Source of the DNA: Octopus vulgaris
Lineage: Eukaryota
Assembly (NCBI GenBank): GCA_951406725.2
Contig: OX597827.1
Coordinates: 43,772,001-43,836,000 of the forward strand
Direction of reading: 5' to 3'
Length of the DNA stretch: 64,000 bases
In this document: piece after piece, positions 29,691 to 46,264 of the stretch
Layout of the letters: every line of letters starts with the position of its first letter
Position numbering within the stretch: the stretch's first letter is position 1
Program-made: the position numbers and the translations under genes
Notes under the pieces: generated by a model
Seen by the model: only the letters and a program-made list of their open reading frames with translations
The model's database searches: none
Told to the model about the DNA's origin: nothing

Positions 29691-30189
29691 GAAAAGCAGT
29701 GATTGGTATTTGTAACAAATGTAACAGATCTTGATTCCAATTTACTGAAGATAAATATCAGCTTGTTATTTAGAACAACCACAGTCCTCCCGTTCTTGGT
29801 AAATCGATATTTAGGTCAAGGCTTTATAATTGTTGTTACGTTATTCAGTGGTTAGAAAGTACGGGACGACCATTCATAAGGTCAGGGGTTCGTGTTTCGT
29901 TTCCTACCTATTTCTTTATTACCCACAAGGGGCTAAACACAGAGGGGACAAACAAGGACAGACATAGGTATTAAGTCGATTACATCGACCCCAGTGCGTA
30001 ACTACCAACGGCATTACTGTGTGTGTGTGTGTCGTCCTCCGCTCCTCGAACAGCAAATCGATTCACTGGCCAAGGTATTACTATCTATTAAGGTATGGTC
30101 ACGAGGATATAGTTGGTGGCAGAGATATAGAAAGAAAAACAGCTAAGGCTCAGTTTAGTATTTTGGCAGATGAATAACTTATGCAGTTT

Positions 30190-30795
30190 ATTCTTTTCTA
30201 CTCTAGGCACAAGACCCGTAATTTGTGGGGAGGGGCTAGTCGATTAAATCGATCCCAGTATGCCACTGCTACTTAATTTATCGACTCCGAAAGGGTGAAA
30301 GGCAAAGTCGATCTCGGCGGAAATTGAACTTAGTGCGTAAACAGACGAAATACCTATTTTTTTACTACCCACAAGGGGCTAAACACAGAGAGGACAAACA
30401 AGGACAGACAAACGGAGTAAGTCGATTATATCGACTCCAGTGCGTAACCGGTACTTATTTAATCGTCCCCGAAAGGATGAAAGGCAAAGTCGACCTCAGC
30501 GGGATTTGAACTCAGAACGTAAAGACGGACGAAATTACGCTAAGCATTTCGCCCGGCGTGCTAACGTTTCTGCCAGCTCGGTGCCTTTTAAATATTCTTT
30601 TCTACTCTAAGCACAAGGCCCGAAATTTGTGGGGAGGAGGCCAGTCGCTTAGATCGACTCCAGTACGCGACTGATACTTAATTTATCGACGCCGAAATTA
30701 TGAAAGGCAAAATTGACCTCTGCGGAATTTGAACTCAGAAAGTAAAGACAGACATTTCGCCCGGCATGTTAACGTTTCTGCCAGCTCGCTACCTT
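30190..30795 (-). mobile_element. SINE family B, tandem dimer plus an adjacent monomer
   Basis: Same junction near 30347; two tail variants are present. Confidence 0.85.
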
Positions 30796-31054
30796 ACGCA
30801 GTTTATTGCGGGGGCGGGAAATGACTTTTAATGAAATCTTCTGTCTTTGGCAATATTAGGGTTCACGTTATTGCTGAAGAGGGATCAAACCAAATAACAT
30901 CAAGTTTACGGCTGCATTTCTATGACTGTGTGCATATGTGTGCGTGGGACAGGAGGTGATTGTGCAGTTTCGTTGTTCATGTGTTGCACGTCTTTGATCC
31001 TAAAACAGATTGAAACTCTAAGGCTGACCATTCTATCGAGCATAGTTTTGTGTA

Positions 31055-31090
<36 letters not shown>

Positions 31091-31140
31091 GTGTGTGTGT
31101 GTGTATGTGTGTATGTGTGCGTGTGTGTGTGTGTGTGTGT

Positions 31141-31343
31141 AGGCACAGGAGTGGTTGTGTGGTAAGTAGCTTGCTTACCAACCACATGGTTCCAGGTTCA
31201 GTCCCACTCGGTGGCACCTTGGGCAAAAGTTTTCTACTTTAGCCTCGGGTCGCCCAAAGCCTTGTGAGTGGATTTGGTTGACGGATACTGAACCCGGAAC
31301 TATGGGGTTGGTAAACAAGCTACTTACCACACAGCCACTCCTA
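31141..31343 (+). mobile_element. SINE family A 5' half followed by an inverted copy of its own head
   Basis: 31147-31202 is complementary to 31287-31342. Confidence 0.8.
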
Positions 31344-31802
31344 AGTTCTTATTCGATTCTTCCTAATCTAACCAAACTTGAGTGCATTAATATTGTTTAA
31401 CATATCGAACCCATAATCTTTGTGCAGTAATATATCTAAAGTTTTGAATCCTTTTCATGTCCAAAGCATACAATAAGGAGAGTCTGCAAATTTAGGCGCG
31501 AACATTGATTATCAAGTTCACGACGAAAAGATCAGTTTTGGCTTTAACCCATGAAAAGTTCTGGAATGGATTATAGCATTTATATGACTGTCGTTTATAA
31601 TGCAATAACCTTCGAGATCTCCCTGCTTTGAAGGAAACTGATTTTAAAATAGACGAGTAGAATTCAACAATAACAATTTTATAACTATTTTATATACTTA
31701 GAGATGTATGTGTGAATATGTGTGCATATATATATATATTTATATGTATGTATTTATATATGTATATATATATGCATATATATGTGTATATATATATATA
31801 TG

Positions 31803-31857
<55 letters not shown>

Positions 31858-32162
31858 GTGTGTGTAATATATATATATACGTGTATGCATATACATATGT
31901 GTATGTATATAGGTATGTATACGTATGTATATGTATGTGTATATATATAAATGTATATGTATATGTATATATATATATGCATATGTGTATGTATATGTAT
32001 AGATATATATATGTATATATATGTATAGATATATATATGTATATATATGCATTCATATATATATATGTGTGTGATACATATATATGCATATATATGTACA
32101 TATACATGCATTTATATATGATATGTATATATGTACATATTCATGTATATATGTACATATAC

Positions 32163-32193
<31 letters not shown>

Positions 32194-32611
32194 TAATATA
32201 AATGTGTGCGTGTGTGTGTGTGTGTGTGTGGTGATCTTATTTGCCGCACACAAAAGCTAGAAGAAAACAATAACGTACATGAATAGTTCAGGTATATCTT
32301 TTTTCATTCAAGATACATTTTATATTTCACATGAAACAAAATTGCTTGGCGATTGCTAGTGAAATAAGATGAAAACAAAATATGACAGATACATGTGCGG
32401 AGCTGAATAGGGAAATGAAGCTAACGGAAAATAATAGGCCGTGTACAACAAACAACGTGAGTTTTTTAGCTGAAGAAGAAAATGCAGTGTCCTTGAAGGG
32501 GGAAAATTCGCAGAGTTCACTTTATAATGTCAAAGTAACAAGGAGTTCGTTGCAAAAAGAAATAGAAGTGAGAAAATGTATTACTTCAAATATGTTTAGG
32601 AAAACATCTAA

Positions 32612-32732
<121 letters not shown>

Positions 32733-32852
32733 CATACGTATGTATATATATATATTTAAGTAGATGGTTTACATGTGTGCATGTGTGTATGTGCGTATGT
32801 AGTTGATATGAACATATGTATGTGTGCGCGTATATGTATGCGTATATATAAA

Positions 32853-32922
<70 letters not shown>

Positions 32923-33270
32923 TATAAAGTAATAAATGACAGAGAAATTGTGTGATAAAATTTTATTTCGTTATATGATTGTTCTAATATCATATAAGTA
33001 ATAAATTTATGATTGGATATAATAATGATACAAATTATTTACATGTTTTTAAGTTACGAAACAACTTGTCCTGTTATTAGAATTTTTTTACTATTAAATA
33101 AATTTCATCAAGCTATTTCCCTGTTATTTATGACATTATATAATCCTTATCGTTTTCTCTCGTATCGTACTATATACTCTCTAAGTTTCTCAGAATGATA
33201 CATTAAGTTGCTTTTTATTAGCACTACTGGATTGCTGAAATCCATATATTGTGACTTAGATTTTTATATA

Positions 33271-33379
<109 letters not shown>

Positions 33380-34396
33380 GTATGTGTGTGAATACAGGCA
33401 TGCATACATACATAGTATCATAATTGCGTCACCCTGACTAAGTACCAATCTTAACAAATTAGGCTTCTCAAAACCAGAAAGGAGAAAGCTAATTCGAAGA
33501 CTACAGATTCTTCAAGCCGAGCCAAGCTACCGGAAACCTACGGGTAGACCAAGACCAAGATGGTTGGATAATGTTCCTACTCTTAGTTGGTTATGTTTAG
33601 GAATTCAGTCGGAAATTCTAATGCTTTTAATGAAATAGACAGGGCGCTGTAAGTGTTTATTGAGCGAAAACACCTAAAGCTCCACGAGGCTCCGGCAGGG
33701 GGTGGTGGTGATCCCTTCTGTACTCTTTCGCCACAACTTTCTCTCACTCTTACTTCCTGTTTCTGTTGTACCTGTATTTTCAAAGGGCCGGCTTTGTCAT
33801 TCTCTGTGTCACGCTGAATATCCCCGAGAACTACGTTAAGTGTACACGTGTCTGTGGAGTGCTCAGTCACTTACACGTTAATTTCACGAGCAGGCTGTTC
33901 CGTTGATTCGGATCAACCGGAACCCTCATCGTCGTAACCGACGGAGTGCTTCCATCTATCCATTAGAATGATAAATGGATGGGTGGATGGATGGATATTA
34001 GAATGAAGCCTCTGATGTAGAGTGCGATGAGATACTCATGGATGGAACACCTTTAATTATAGGTCATTGCGAATCAGTGATGGCCTAAGGTAAAATAAAA
34101 ACAACAACAACAACACCATCACTATTACAAAATATATAACATATAGTCAATACTTGGCAATATCACCTTCATAAAATAGGCAGTGAGCTGGCAGAACCGT
34201 TAGCACGACAGGCAACATAAGACATTCAGTGACATTTAGTCTGCCTTTACATTCTGAGTTCGAATTCCACCAAGATGGACTTTGCCTTTCATACATTCAG
34301 GATCGATAAAATAGGTAACAGTTGAACACTAGGCTCGATGTAATCGACTATCCACCTGCCCTTCCAGCTTTCTGGCTTGGGGCCAAAATTTGAAGC

Positions 34397-36007
<1,611 letters not shown>

Positions 36008-36185
36008 GGGGCAGAGGATATTGTTCCCGTTTTAATATTCATTAAATTTTGTACAATATAAATGCATGACACATGTTGTCATTATGTAAATTATATTCAC
36101 ATTTGGTTTGAGTAATGGTTCATCAGGTGATCATAAGTGTTTGTGTGCGTCGATCAATATGTTTGTTTAAATACATACACACACA

Positions 36186-36234
<49 letters not shown>

Positions 36235-36426
36235 ACCAATATATGCACACACACACAAACATGTATATTAATATACACATTCAGAATTATGTGTATGTGT
36301 AGGCACGTATGTGCGTGTATATATTATACGTGTGTATAGAATGATATATGAAGAACTATGAGATAGGGTTGTGTCTTATGTGTGCGTGTGTGTGAACGTG
36401 TGTGTGTGTGTGCATGTATGTATATA

Positions 36427-36461
<35 letters not shown>

Positions 36462-36646
36462 GATGCATATAGATGTAGGTATGTACATATATGTATATAT
36501 ATACATATATTTACATATTATTTATATCATTATATGATCGAACGCCACGCATTCTTTTCAAGTAAGTTTTATATATATATACACATATGTATATATTTTT
36601 ATGCATACACACACATATATGTATGTATATATGTATGTATGTATAT

Positions 36647-36714
<68 letters not shown>

Positions 36715-36823
36715 CATATATGTATATATATTTGTGTGTGTGTGCGTATATGCATGCATATGTATATATGTATATTCATATACATCCATATAAATATATA
36801 TATATGCATACAGGTGCGTGTTT

Positions 36824-36885
<62 letters not shown>

Positions 36886-37709
36886 GTATGTTAAGACGTT
36901 TTGCAACTTATTCAACTTATTCAAGCAGTGATGGAAATGCAGAATTGATCTGTATATTTTATGCGATGAGAAAAAAAAAAAAACCCTGATTCTTAAAACG
37001 GACTCAAAGAATATTGGTAGGTGTTATTTTCTGGTTTTAGTTTTTACATTATATATTTTCATTTATTTTTATTTTGGGGGTTATTGTTTTGCTTTTTGTT
37101 TTTTGTTTTTGGTGGGCTGTTGTTTTGTTTTTGTGTGTATGTGTTGCTTATTTCTTTTCAATCATATAATTTAAATTTTTCTGAATGGTTGTACCAATCA
37201 TAGAAAAATAAATATAAGAAATAAGTGAAAGAAGTGAAAAAGAAAGAAAGGAAGGAAGAAATAAATAAATAAAGAAGGAATGAAAGAAGGAAGGAAAGAG
37301 GGAAAGAAAGGAAAGCGTATCTGAAGTAGGAAAGAAATTTGGAGTTTAAAGTATAAACAGAAAGAGCCAAAAAAGATATAGAAGAAGAAGAAATAGAATC
37401 AAAATAAGAAGGCGGGTATAATAAAAAGGATAGACAGGGGGTAGAGGGTAGAGAACATAATAAATGGGAGAAGGAAAAGAAAAAAGAAACAAGAGAAAGA
37501 GAGGCTGTGGAACGAGAGAGAGAGAGAAAGGGAGAAAGGGTCGCTATATTTAGAAAAGGAATTTAAGGTGTGCAATTTGTATTCTGACAATTGGAGGTGA
37601 TTTGGAGTTTAAGCTAAAGAATTTAGGTGAGGATTTTAAAAATAGGATTTTTAATAACGATATGAATGTCTATGAAGAATGGTAAAGAAGTTGGTTTGTT
37701 TATTTGTTT

Positions 37710-38120
37710 ATGTGTGGATGTTTGTGTGTGTGTGAATGCTTGTGTGTATAGGAGTGTGTATGTGTGTGTGTGTGTGGATGCTTGTGTGTGTAGGATCGTG
37801 TATGGGTGTGTGTGTGGATGCTTGTGTATATAGAAGTGTGTGTATGTGTGTGTGTGAATGCTTGTGTGTGTAGGAGCGTGTGTGTGTGTGGATGCTTGTG
37901 TGTATAGGAGTGTGTATGTGTGTGTGTGAATGCTTGTGTGTGTAGGATCGTGTATGGGTGTGTGTGTGTATAGGAGCGTGTGTGTGTGTGAGTGAATGAT
38001 TGTGTGTATGTGAGTGAATGCTTGTGTGTGTGTGTATGAATGCTTGTGTGTATAGGAGTGTGAATATGTGTATGTGTGTGTATATGTATGCATGTGTGTA
38101 TAGGAGCGTGTGTGTGAATA
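37710..38120. repeat. TG-derived minisatellite, about 40-45-bp unit (gtg(a/g)atgcttgtgtgt..aggagtgtgtatg)
   Basis: About 9 recurrences of atgcttgtgtg. Confidence 0.85.
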
Positions 38121-38130
38121 AAAGAGCGTC

Positions 38131-38200
<70 letters not shown>

Positions 38201-38531
38201 GGGTGCTAGCTTAAAGACTTCAGTGCTCCGAACTGAAATGTGGCAGTATATTTGAATAAACACGTACTTGTTTGTATAGATTGAAAGTATAAACACACAC
38301 ACACACACACACATACACACACACATACACATACACATACACACACAAATATACACACGCATACACACACATTACGTGTATATGTGTGTGCGAGCGGGTA
38401 TTAATGTCTATGCACATATTTATAATATATGCGTATTATATAGAGGTTGTATAAAGGCAAGACTAGCTATCATGCATTGCAATCCGATGATGGCTTAACT
38501 GGTCGAAACCTTGAAACCACTATATGAATAA

Positions 38532-38611
<80 letters not shown>

Positions 38612-38809
38612 GCTTTTACTTGTTTCAGTGATTTTGACCATGCTGGAGCAACGCCTTTTGGTCGAAGAAATCGAACACGGGACTTCTACTGGTGCTTATT
38701 CTATCGATATCTTTTGCCGAACCGCTAAGTTTCAGGGACCTAAATACACCAAGATCGGTTGTCAAGCGATGGTAGACGGTGAAACACATATACAAACACA
38801 CAAAAGTAT

Positions 38810-38852
<43 letters not shown>

Positions 38853-39037
38853 AAAAAGGAGATGTGGAACACGAGTTGTGATATATAAAAAAGGAAATGA
38901 AGAAAATGCTGACAAAATAATTTAAGTAATTTAAGTAATTTAATTAGGTGAAAGTTCTTTTTACCGGTTGCGCATTTGTTATGCTTATCAAAAGATAGAT
39001 AGAGTTCCTTTCTGATAGATTTTTTCTATATATACAC

Positions 39038-39103
<66 letters not shown>

Positions 39104-39934
39104 GCAATCGTTAGCTAGGAGAACTTAAACAAGACGAATGAGGTTATACTAAATATCATATCATAGTAAATAAATTCTGATTTTATTGAAGTTACATCTC
39201 CCCCTGAGCATGCAAGGAAGAGCCTAGTGGCAGTTGTGGCAGATTCCAAATGAAAAGAGGACATACGGAGTATCACGATTTGGATAATTTTCCAGAAATG
39301 ACATACCCACGAAGAAGTTCAGAAGACACCAGTGGATAAGCGTCACTGGTTGCAGAGGTGTCACCGGTTCCAGGGTTTGTCCGTCGTGCTCTCCGATAGA
39401 TTTATCGAATAAAATTCTACTGGAAATGTATTGTTCAACCTAATGCTATTGCAGGAGATACGTAAATGGGGTTTTGATCCTGAAACCACATGGCTCCCCA
39501 GTGAAGCCTCAAACATCACAGTCATGGCTACGTCCGTATATGCATACACTCACTTGTAAACATTACACCCAGCCATATCATACATACCCATACACACATA
39601 CACACACACACACACACATCGTACACACACTCACAAACATATAGGCAAGAATACAATAATCAATGTAAAAAACATTAGTGAAAACACGTTGAATTTTAAA
39701 TTACACACACACCCACACACACACACAAACACACACACAACACAACACACACATACACACACAACACACACATACATACATACACATATGCACACAAACA
39801 CACACACAGAGAAGCACACATATACACACAAGTAAGGAAACAGACGCAACCACAACACATCTCAGTTCACTGCCAACACCCCTCATACACTTTATTATTC
39901 TTTCTTCCTCCCACCCTCTCTCTCTCTATTGCGC

Positions 39935-39987
<53 letters not shown>

Positions 39988-40451
39988 CCCCCCGACTTTC
40001 CTCCGGGTTTTTTTTAACGCCTGATAGCATTTTTTTTTCTTTTGGATTCGTCAATGTTTTTTACTCTAACCTCTCCCAAACCCATACCAAACCCTTTACA
40101 AATCATCCTCAAAATCCCTAAACATTTACTTAGAAACATCAGACTAAATTAGTGGTAAGGTGAGGACAGGGTAAAGTATTAGCCTTGTTTTTCTTGGCCT
40201 CCCTCACTCATTTTGAATCATGCCAAAATCTATCGCAGAGTGTTTATTATATACACACATACACACTCACATACATACATACATACATACATACATACAT
40301 ACATACATACATACATACACACTCACATACATACATACATACATGCATACATACATGCATACATACATACATGCATACATACATACATGCATGCATGCAT
40401 ACATACATACATATACACACACGCACATCCATCCATCCATACATAAGAATG

Positions 40452-40583
<132 letters not shown>

Positions 40584-40682
40584 GACATTTATAAGCAGAT
40601 GCTCAGATATGTGGTATCATGTTTGTCTGTAATCATATTTGTATGTACGTGTATATATATATATATATATACACACATATAA

Positions 40683-40727
<45 letters not shown>

Positions 40728-40820
40728 TACAAACACATATACACATATACATAAAGACAGATTTATATATATAATTATCTATGTCGCCTCACGTATGTGT
40801 AAATGTGTTGCTAACGTTAT

Positions 40821-40878
<58 letters not shown>

Positions 40879-41077
40879 ATGTGTGATATCCCCAGGTACC
40901 CAAACAGCCGAGAAAATGATTGTAAAATAGCCATGAATCCAAGATAAGCTTTTTGTTATTCATCGCATGTGTTCATGAATATATATATATATACAAACAT
41001 ACAAATATAAATATATAACATATCTACATATATATGTATATATACACATATATATGTCTATATCCATACATATATAA

Positions 41078-41181
<104 letters not shown>

Positions 41182-41269
41182 CACAAATACATACATATGC
41201 ATATACATATGTATATATGTGTGTATATGTATGTTTGTATGAATGTATATTCGTATATTTATATCTGTA

Positions 41270-41327
<58 letters not shown>

Positions 41328-41640
41328 CATACATATATCTACATACGTGTGCGTTTGTGTGTGTACGTGTGGGGGTGGGCGGTGTTATTGCATCTACTCT
41401 GGCATCTTCGATATTGTTTTAACAGATGGTACCATTAACTCCATATTGTAACAGCTGAACGATAAAGTAACTCGGATAGTGGCGGCGGGAGCGACAGGAG
41501 TGGCTGGTATGGATGCCTGAACGGTGGCGGCTGTAGTGGTAGCGGTGGTTGGGGTCGTCACCGTGTTAGGTATATCGTTGGGTCAATTCTTCACCGCACC
41601 TACACCCGCCCACCAACCTACATACACACACAAATACAGG

Positions 41641-41694
<54 letters not shown>

Positions 41695-41734
41695 AGATAT
41701 ATATATATATATTTGTATTTATATATATACGTTG

Positions 41735-41776
41735 TGCTTGCATTTGGTAGACGGAAACTGAACGAAGCCCGTCGTG

Positions 41777-41807
<31 letters not shown>

Positions 41808-42110
41808 GCATGTATATGTATATATATATACCCGACGAGCTTCATTCAGTTATATACATATACATATATGTATATATATCTATATGTATATATATATATA
41901 TATATATGCATATATTTGTGTGTCTTAGTGTCTGTGTTTGGCCTCCCACCATCGCTTGACTGCCGATATTGGTGTGTTTATGTCCACGAAACTTAGCTGT
42001 TCTGCAAAAGAGACTGATAGAATAAGTCGCAAGCTTACAAAAAAAGTCCTGGGGTCGATTTCATCGACTGAAGGCGGTGCGCCGGCATGGTCGCAGTCAA
42101 ATGAGTGAAA
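41735..42110 (+). mobile_element. SINE family A (5'-truncated)
   Basis: tttggtagacggaaactga...gcagtcaaatgagtgaaac. Confidence 0.8.
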
Positions 42111-42111
42111 C

Positions 42112-42169
<58 letters not shown>

Positions 42170-42227
42170 GCACACACACACACACATATATATATATAAC
42201 ATTCTCAACACACACACACACACACAC

Positions 42228-42304
<77 letters not shown>

Positions 42305-42313
42305 ATATAAACA

Positions 42314-42355
<42 letters not shown>

Positions 42356-42530
42356 AAAATAGTAAAGTGTGAAAAAACGACAGAAGGCTTAAATGTTAAA
42401 AAATATATATATTTGTGTCAAAATGTCTGGAGAATATTGGAAAAATTTTTTTTTTTTTTTTTTTTTTCTTTCCTTAAAATGACATAATTTTAAAATTTTT
42501 AAAGAAATTACCGGTTTTTTTAAAAACCTA

Positions 42531-43544
42531 TTGAACAGCATAAACCCAAATATACAGTTCACAATGGAATACAACCAAAAGGAGCTCCCGTTCTTGGATA
42601 TACTAATTAAAAAAATTAACCTTAAAATAGAAACAGACATTTTTTACAAAGCCACAGACGCCAAACAATACCTTCTTTTTAATTCATGCCACCCAAGACA
42701 CACTAAAACAAACATTCCCTTCAACCTTGCAAGAAGGATATGCACAATAGTGTCAGAACAAAATACCAGGAACTTTAGACTGCAAGAACTCAAAAACACC
42801 CTAATTGACAGACATTACCCAGCTCAACTCATAGAGGATGGGATCAGACGTGCAACAGAAATCAACATAGAAACTTTAAGAAAAGTTCAACACAACAACA
42901 CACCTTCCCCGAAAATACTACCTTACATATCTACATACAACCCCAGAAACAAAGAAGCCTTCACCATCATCACCCAGAATTTACCAATACTTCATAAAAA
43001 CCCAAAATTAAAGGAAATTCTAAACATACACCAAATCATTAAAAGCTACAAACAGCCTAAATCACTTAAAAAGATTCTCACAAAGGCAAAATTGTCTTCT
43101 AAAATTACGGATGCAAAAGTAAAAAAATGTGGTAGATCGAACTGTGCAACATGTCCTAACCTATTGGAAGGATCAGAATTCTTCTTTAAAGAGGGACAGA
43201 AATTTAAGATCAAATCTAACTTTACTTGTGCCTCTGAAAACATAATTTATGTTATTAAATGCTCGGGCTGCCACCAAGACTACGTGGGTTCCACGGGACT
43301 ATCACTCAGGCGTAGATGCACACTGCATCGACAACAGATTGCATTCCCAGAATATAGAATGATACCTTTTAGTGAGCACATTGAGAAATGCGCAAAGCAA
43401 CTACTGCCACAATTTTTAATCTTCCCATTTTACCAATGTGCTTTCGGATCATCAACACAAATGAGACTGAACAAGGAAACATTCTTCATTGAAAAGTACA
43501 AACCCAGACTCAACCATCCGAACATACTGACACAGAGAAATTAA
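42531..43544 (+). CDS. Penelope-like retroelement ORF, 5'-truncated (RT C-terminus/thumb + Cys-rich linker + GIY-YIG endonuclease)
   Basis: Uninterrupted 337-aa frame with PLE RT motifs (LNSINPNIQFTMEY, LPFLDILI, TDIFYKATD..QYL.FNSCHP), linker LPYISTYNP and KKCGRSNCATC, and GIY-YIG motifs FTC.SENIIYVIKCSGC...YVGST..SLRRR...H...E..FIEKYKP.LN. The frame is open from about 42515 with no real start codon. Confidence 0.95.
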   Translation: MNSINPNIQFTMEYNQKELPFLDILIKKINLKIETDIFYKATDAKQYLLFNSCHPRHTKTNIPFNLARRICTIVSEQNTRNFRLQELKNTLIDRHYPAQLIEDGIRRATEINIETLRKVQHNNTPSPKILPYISTYNPRNKEAFTIITQNLPILHKNPKLKEILNIHQIIKSYKQPKSLKKILTKAKLSSKITDAKVKKCGRSNCATCPNLLEGSEFFFKEGQKFKIKSNFTCASENIIYVIKCSGCHQDYVGSTGLSLRRRCTLHRQQIAFPEYRMIPFSEHIEKCAKQLLPQFLIFPFYQCAFGSSTQMRLNKETFFIEKYKPRLNHPNILTQRN

Positions 43545-43682
43545 CAAGGAAAAAGGGGAAAAAAAATTTTTAAGCGATTATCTCCCTTACACCGGAAGAA
43601 ATCACTCACTACCTCCCCTTATTTAGAAATCTCCTGGAAATAAAAACAACGATAACTCCATGCAATATAAACATAACGTCAC

Positions 43683-43722
43683 AAGAAATTTGAAAAGCTA
43701 CACGCGAAACCGGTAATTTCTT
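43683..43722 (+). ncRNA. Minimal type I hammerhead ribozyme (U3-A8 core variant) in the PLE pLTR
   Basis: aagaaat-TTGAAAA-GC tacac GC-GAAA-CCGG-TA-atttctt: 7-bp stem I, palindromic stem III, GUA site with predicted cleavage after 43715. Confidence 0.75.
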
Positions 43723-43914
43723 TAAAAATTTTAAAATTATGTCATTTTAAGGAAAGGAAAAAAAAAAAAAAAAAAAAAAATTTTTCCAATATTCTCCAGA
43801 CATTTTGACACAAATATATATATTTTTTAACATTTAAGCCTTCTGTCGTTTTTTCACACTTTACTATTTTCTTATATATTCACCCACGTGCTTTACCAAT
43901 CAAACTTTCTTATC

Positions 43915-43956
<42 letters not shown>

Positions 43957-44004
43957 CATATGTATATACATATACATATATTCATAAATATAGATATATA
44001 GATA

Positions 44005-44046
<42 letters not shown>

Positions 44047-44047
44047 T

Positions 44048-44082
<35 letters not shown>

Positions 44083-44602
44083 ATCAATCTCTCCACTACT
44101 GTTATCAATCTACCGTTGCACCACCTCCGTCTCTAGCCCACACAATAACGACCGCTGTAGCTACCCCCGCCTCCTCCCACACACACACAACATTCTCAAC
44201 ACCCCCAAGGATGTTATCATCACCATCTTATACAAACTTTTGCTCCTCGCAGACGCCTGTACGCCATTAACGATACATACAACTGTTACTAAACGAAATA
44301 ACATGAGACGTTGTTTCGACGTCCAGCACCAAGTCAAGGAATCTTAGCAGAATTGCTTAGTGATTATCACTGACCCCCCAAATATTTTTTGTTGGTACGC
44401 TATCTTTATCGAACCCTGAAAGATGACGGGTTCATGTAAAGTTAACATCGTTGAGCTTTCGACTTACAGGACGTAAACAACCAGAAAAAAAATACCGCGA
44501 AGCATTTCGTCCGACACTCCAACGGTTCTGCCAATCCGCTACTCCTCAGCAATAATAATAATGAGAATAATAATAATAATAATAGTAATAATAATAATAA
44601 TG

Positions 44603-44686
<84 letters not shown>

Positions 44687-44687
<1 letters not shown>

Positions 44688-45184
44688 GTGTTATCATGTA
44701 CATTGTTTTGTCTTGGTATAAAAGATGGGCTACAGCAAATATTCTGCTCAATACCACAGATTTGCTTGTCAGTTGTTTGACTTTAACCAGTTGAGCATGT
44801 CCCTTAGTGGCTGACGATATGTGCATCTCTGATCACGAGCAAAAGTAGTGGGGGAGCATCATAGCCATGTGTTGAGAGAGATTCTTTGGGGTTTGAATAA
44901 TTCACTTCTGGAAACATGGGTGGTTCTTTCAACATCCTTAAACAACCCTTATTCAGGGACCTTTTGAGCGGGATGGGCTACTCAACCTGAAGAAAATTCT
45001 AACTGGGCCCCACCTGCAAGGTCATGTGCTGTTTATCTTGTGCTGTTTATCACGTGCTGTTTATCATGTGCTGTTTATCATGTGCCTGGTGTACCCTTAT
45101 CAGACGGGTAGTCATGATGGGTATATTGGGCTTCGTTTATTTTACCCCAGTGTCACTTTGATGGCATGAACTGCTCTCTCACTC
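44687..45184 (+). mobile_element. Second copy of the (TAA)n-embedded repeat (5'-truncated)
   Basis: Reverse complement of 35247-35744; ends ctgctctctcactc(aat)n. Confidence 0.8.
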
Positions 45185-45226
<42 letters not shown>

Positions 45227-45794
45227 TAATAATAATAACAACAACAACAACAGTAATAATACTAAGATATATACGGCGAGTATTTAAAATGAAATTTGGT
45301 GGGAAGATCGTTCGCCCGCTGACATTCGTTGACACTGCATCGAAGAAATCAAAGAAAAAATAAGGAGAAAGAAGAAACGCACTGAAGACCAGAGCTGAAG
45401 ACACCTCTGAAGTGGGTGGGGGGTACGTCGAAAACGGTAGAAGAGTAGGGACCGACCGAAACCGGGAGTGGTTCCTCCTGATGATGTCTTTGGCCACTGG
45501 ATCCTATAAAGGAGCATTTGAGGTAGGGAACGAAGGTGACGAACAGGTAGAATCGCTGGCAAGCCGAACAAAATGCTTAGTGGCATTTCGTCCGTCTTTA
45601 AGTTCAGAGTTCATATGTTGTCAAGGTTGACTTTGCCGTCTATCCTTGCGGAGGTCGATAAAATAAGTACCATTTGATGTAATGAGGGTGGGGTTGAGGT
45701 AATCGAAATATTTCATTGCTCTGGAGTTACTGGCCTTGTACCGAAATTTTGAAAGAATTATTGTTGTTGGTGTCATTGTTGTTGTTTTTCTTGT

Positions 45795-45840
<46 letters not shown>

Positions 45841-46233
45841 TGATGATGAGAAGGAGGAGGAGGAAGAGCAAGAGGAAGAGGAGGTAAAGGGAGGGGGGGA
45901 GATAAAGGGAGGAGAGGAGATAAAAGTAGGAGAGGAGGAGAGAGCGGAGGAAGAGGGAGAGGTGGAGAAGAGAGAGAGGAGGGAGAGGGGGACGAGGGGA
46001 GGAGGAGGAGGAAAAAGAAGAAGAAGACGAGGAGGAAGGGTAGGAGGCGGGTGAGAAGGAGGAGGCAGCGGAAAAGGGGGGAAAGGAGGAAGAGGAGAAA
46101 GACAAGAAGGGGAGGAGGGGAGTTAGAAGAAGAAGAGAAGAGGAAGGATAGGAAGAGGAAGGAGAGGGGAAGGGGAAGGGAAAGTGGTGAAGAAGAAGAA
46201 GAAGAAGAAGAAGAAGAAGAAGAAGAAGAAGAA

Positions 46234-46264
<31 letters not shown>

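Larger units (their letters stand above)
42349..43914 (+). mobile_element. Truncated Penelope-like element (possibly Neptune-type) with inverted 5' pseudo-LTR and 3' pLTR plus tail, inserted in (TA)n
   Basis: 42349-42517 is a near-identical reverse complement of 43707-43879. A unique 35-nt extension (43880-43914) follows the right copy only. Both flanks are (TA)n. The clade guess rests on the Cys-rich linker. Confidence 0.9.

Noticed and set aside
27948-29782. Thr/Pro/Val/Gly-rich 'mucin-like' ORFs (also 20597-21260 and 24917-25724)
   Set aside because: Trinucleotide repeats are open in several frames on both strands, with no domain or splice evidence.
38481-38995. Two weak HHR candidates (38484+ CCGATGA..GTCGAAAC; 38960- TTGATAA-GCAT..ATGC-GCAACCGGTA)
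   Set aside because: The first lacks stem III and stem I; the second has GCAA for GAAA and a poor stem I. Mentioned only as probable decayed copies.
39190-39545. Unique island between microsatellites
   Set aside because: Only short ORFs and no identifiable homology by eye.
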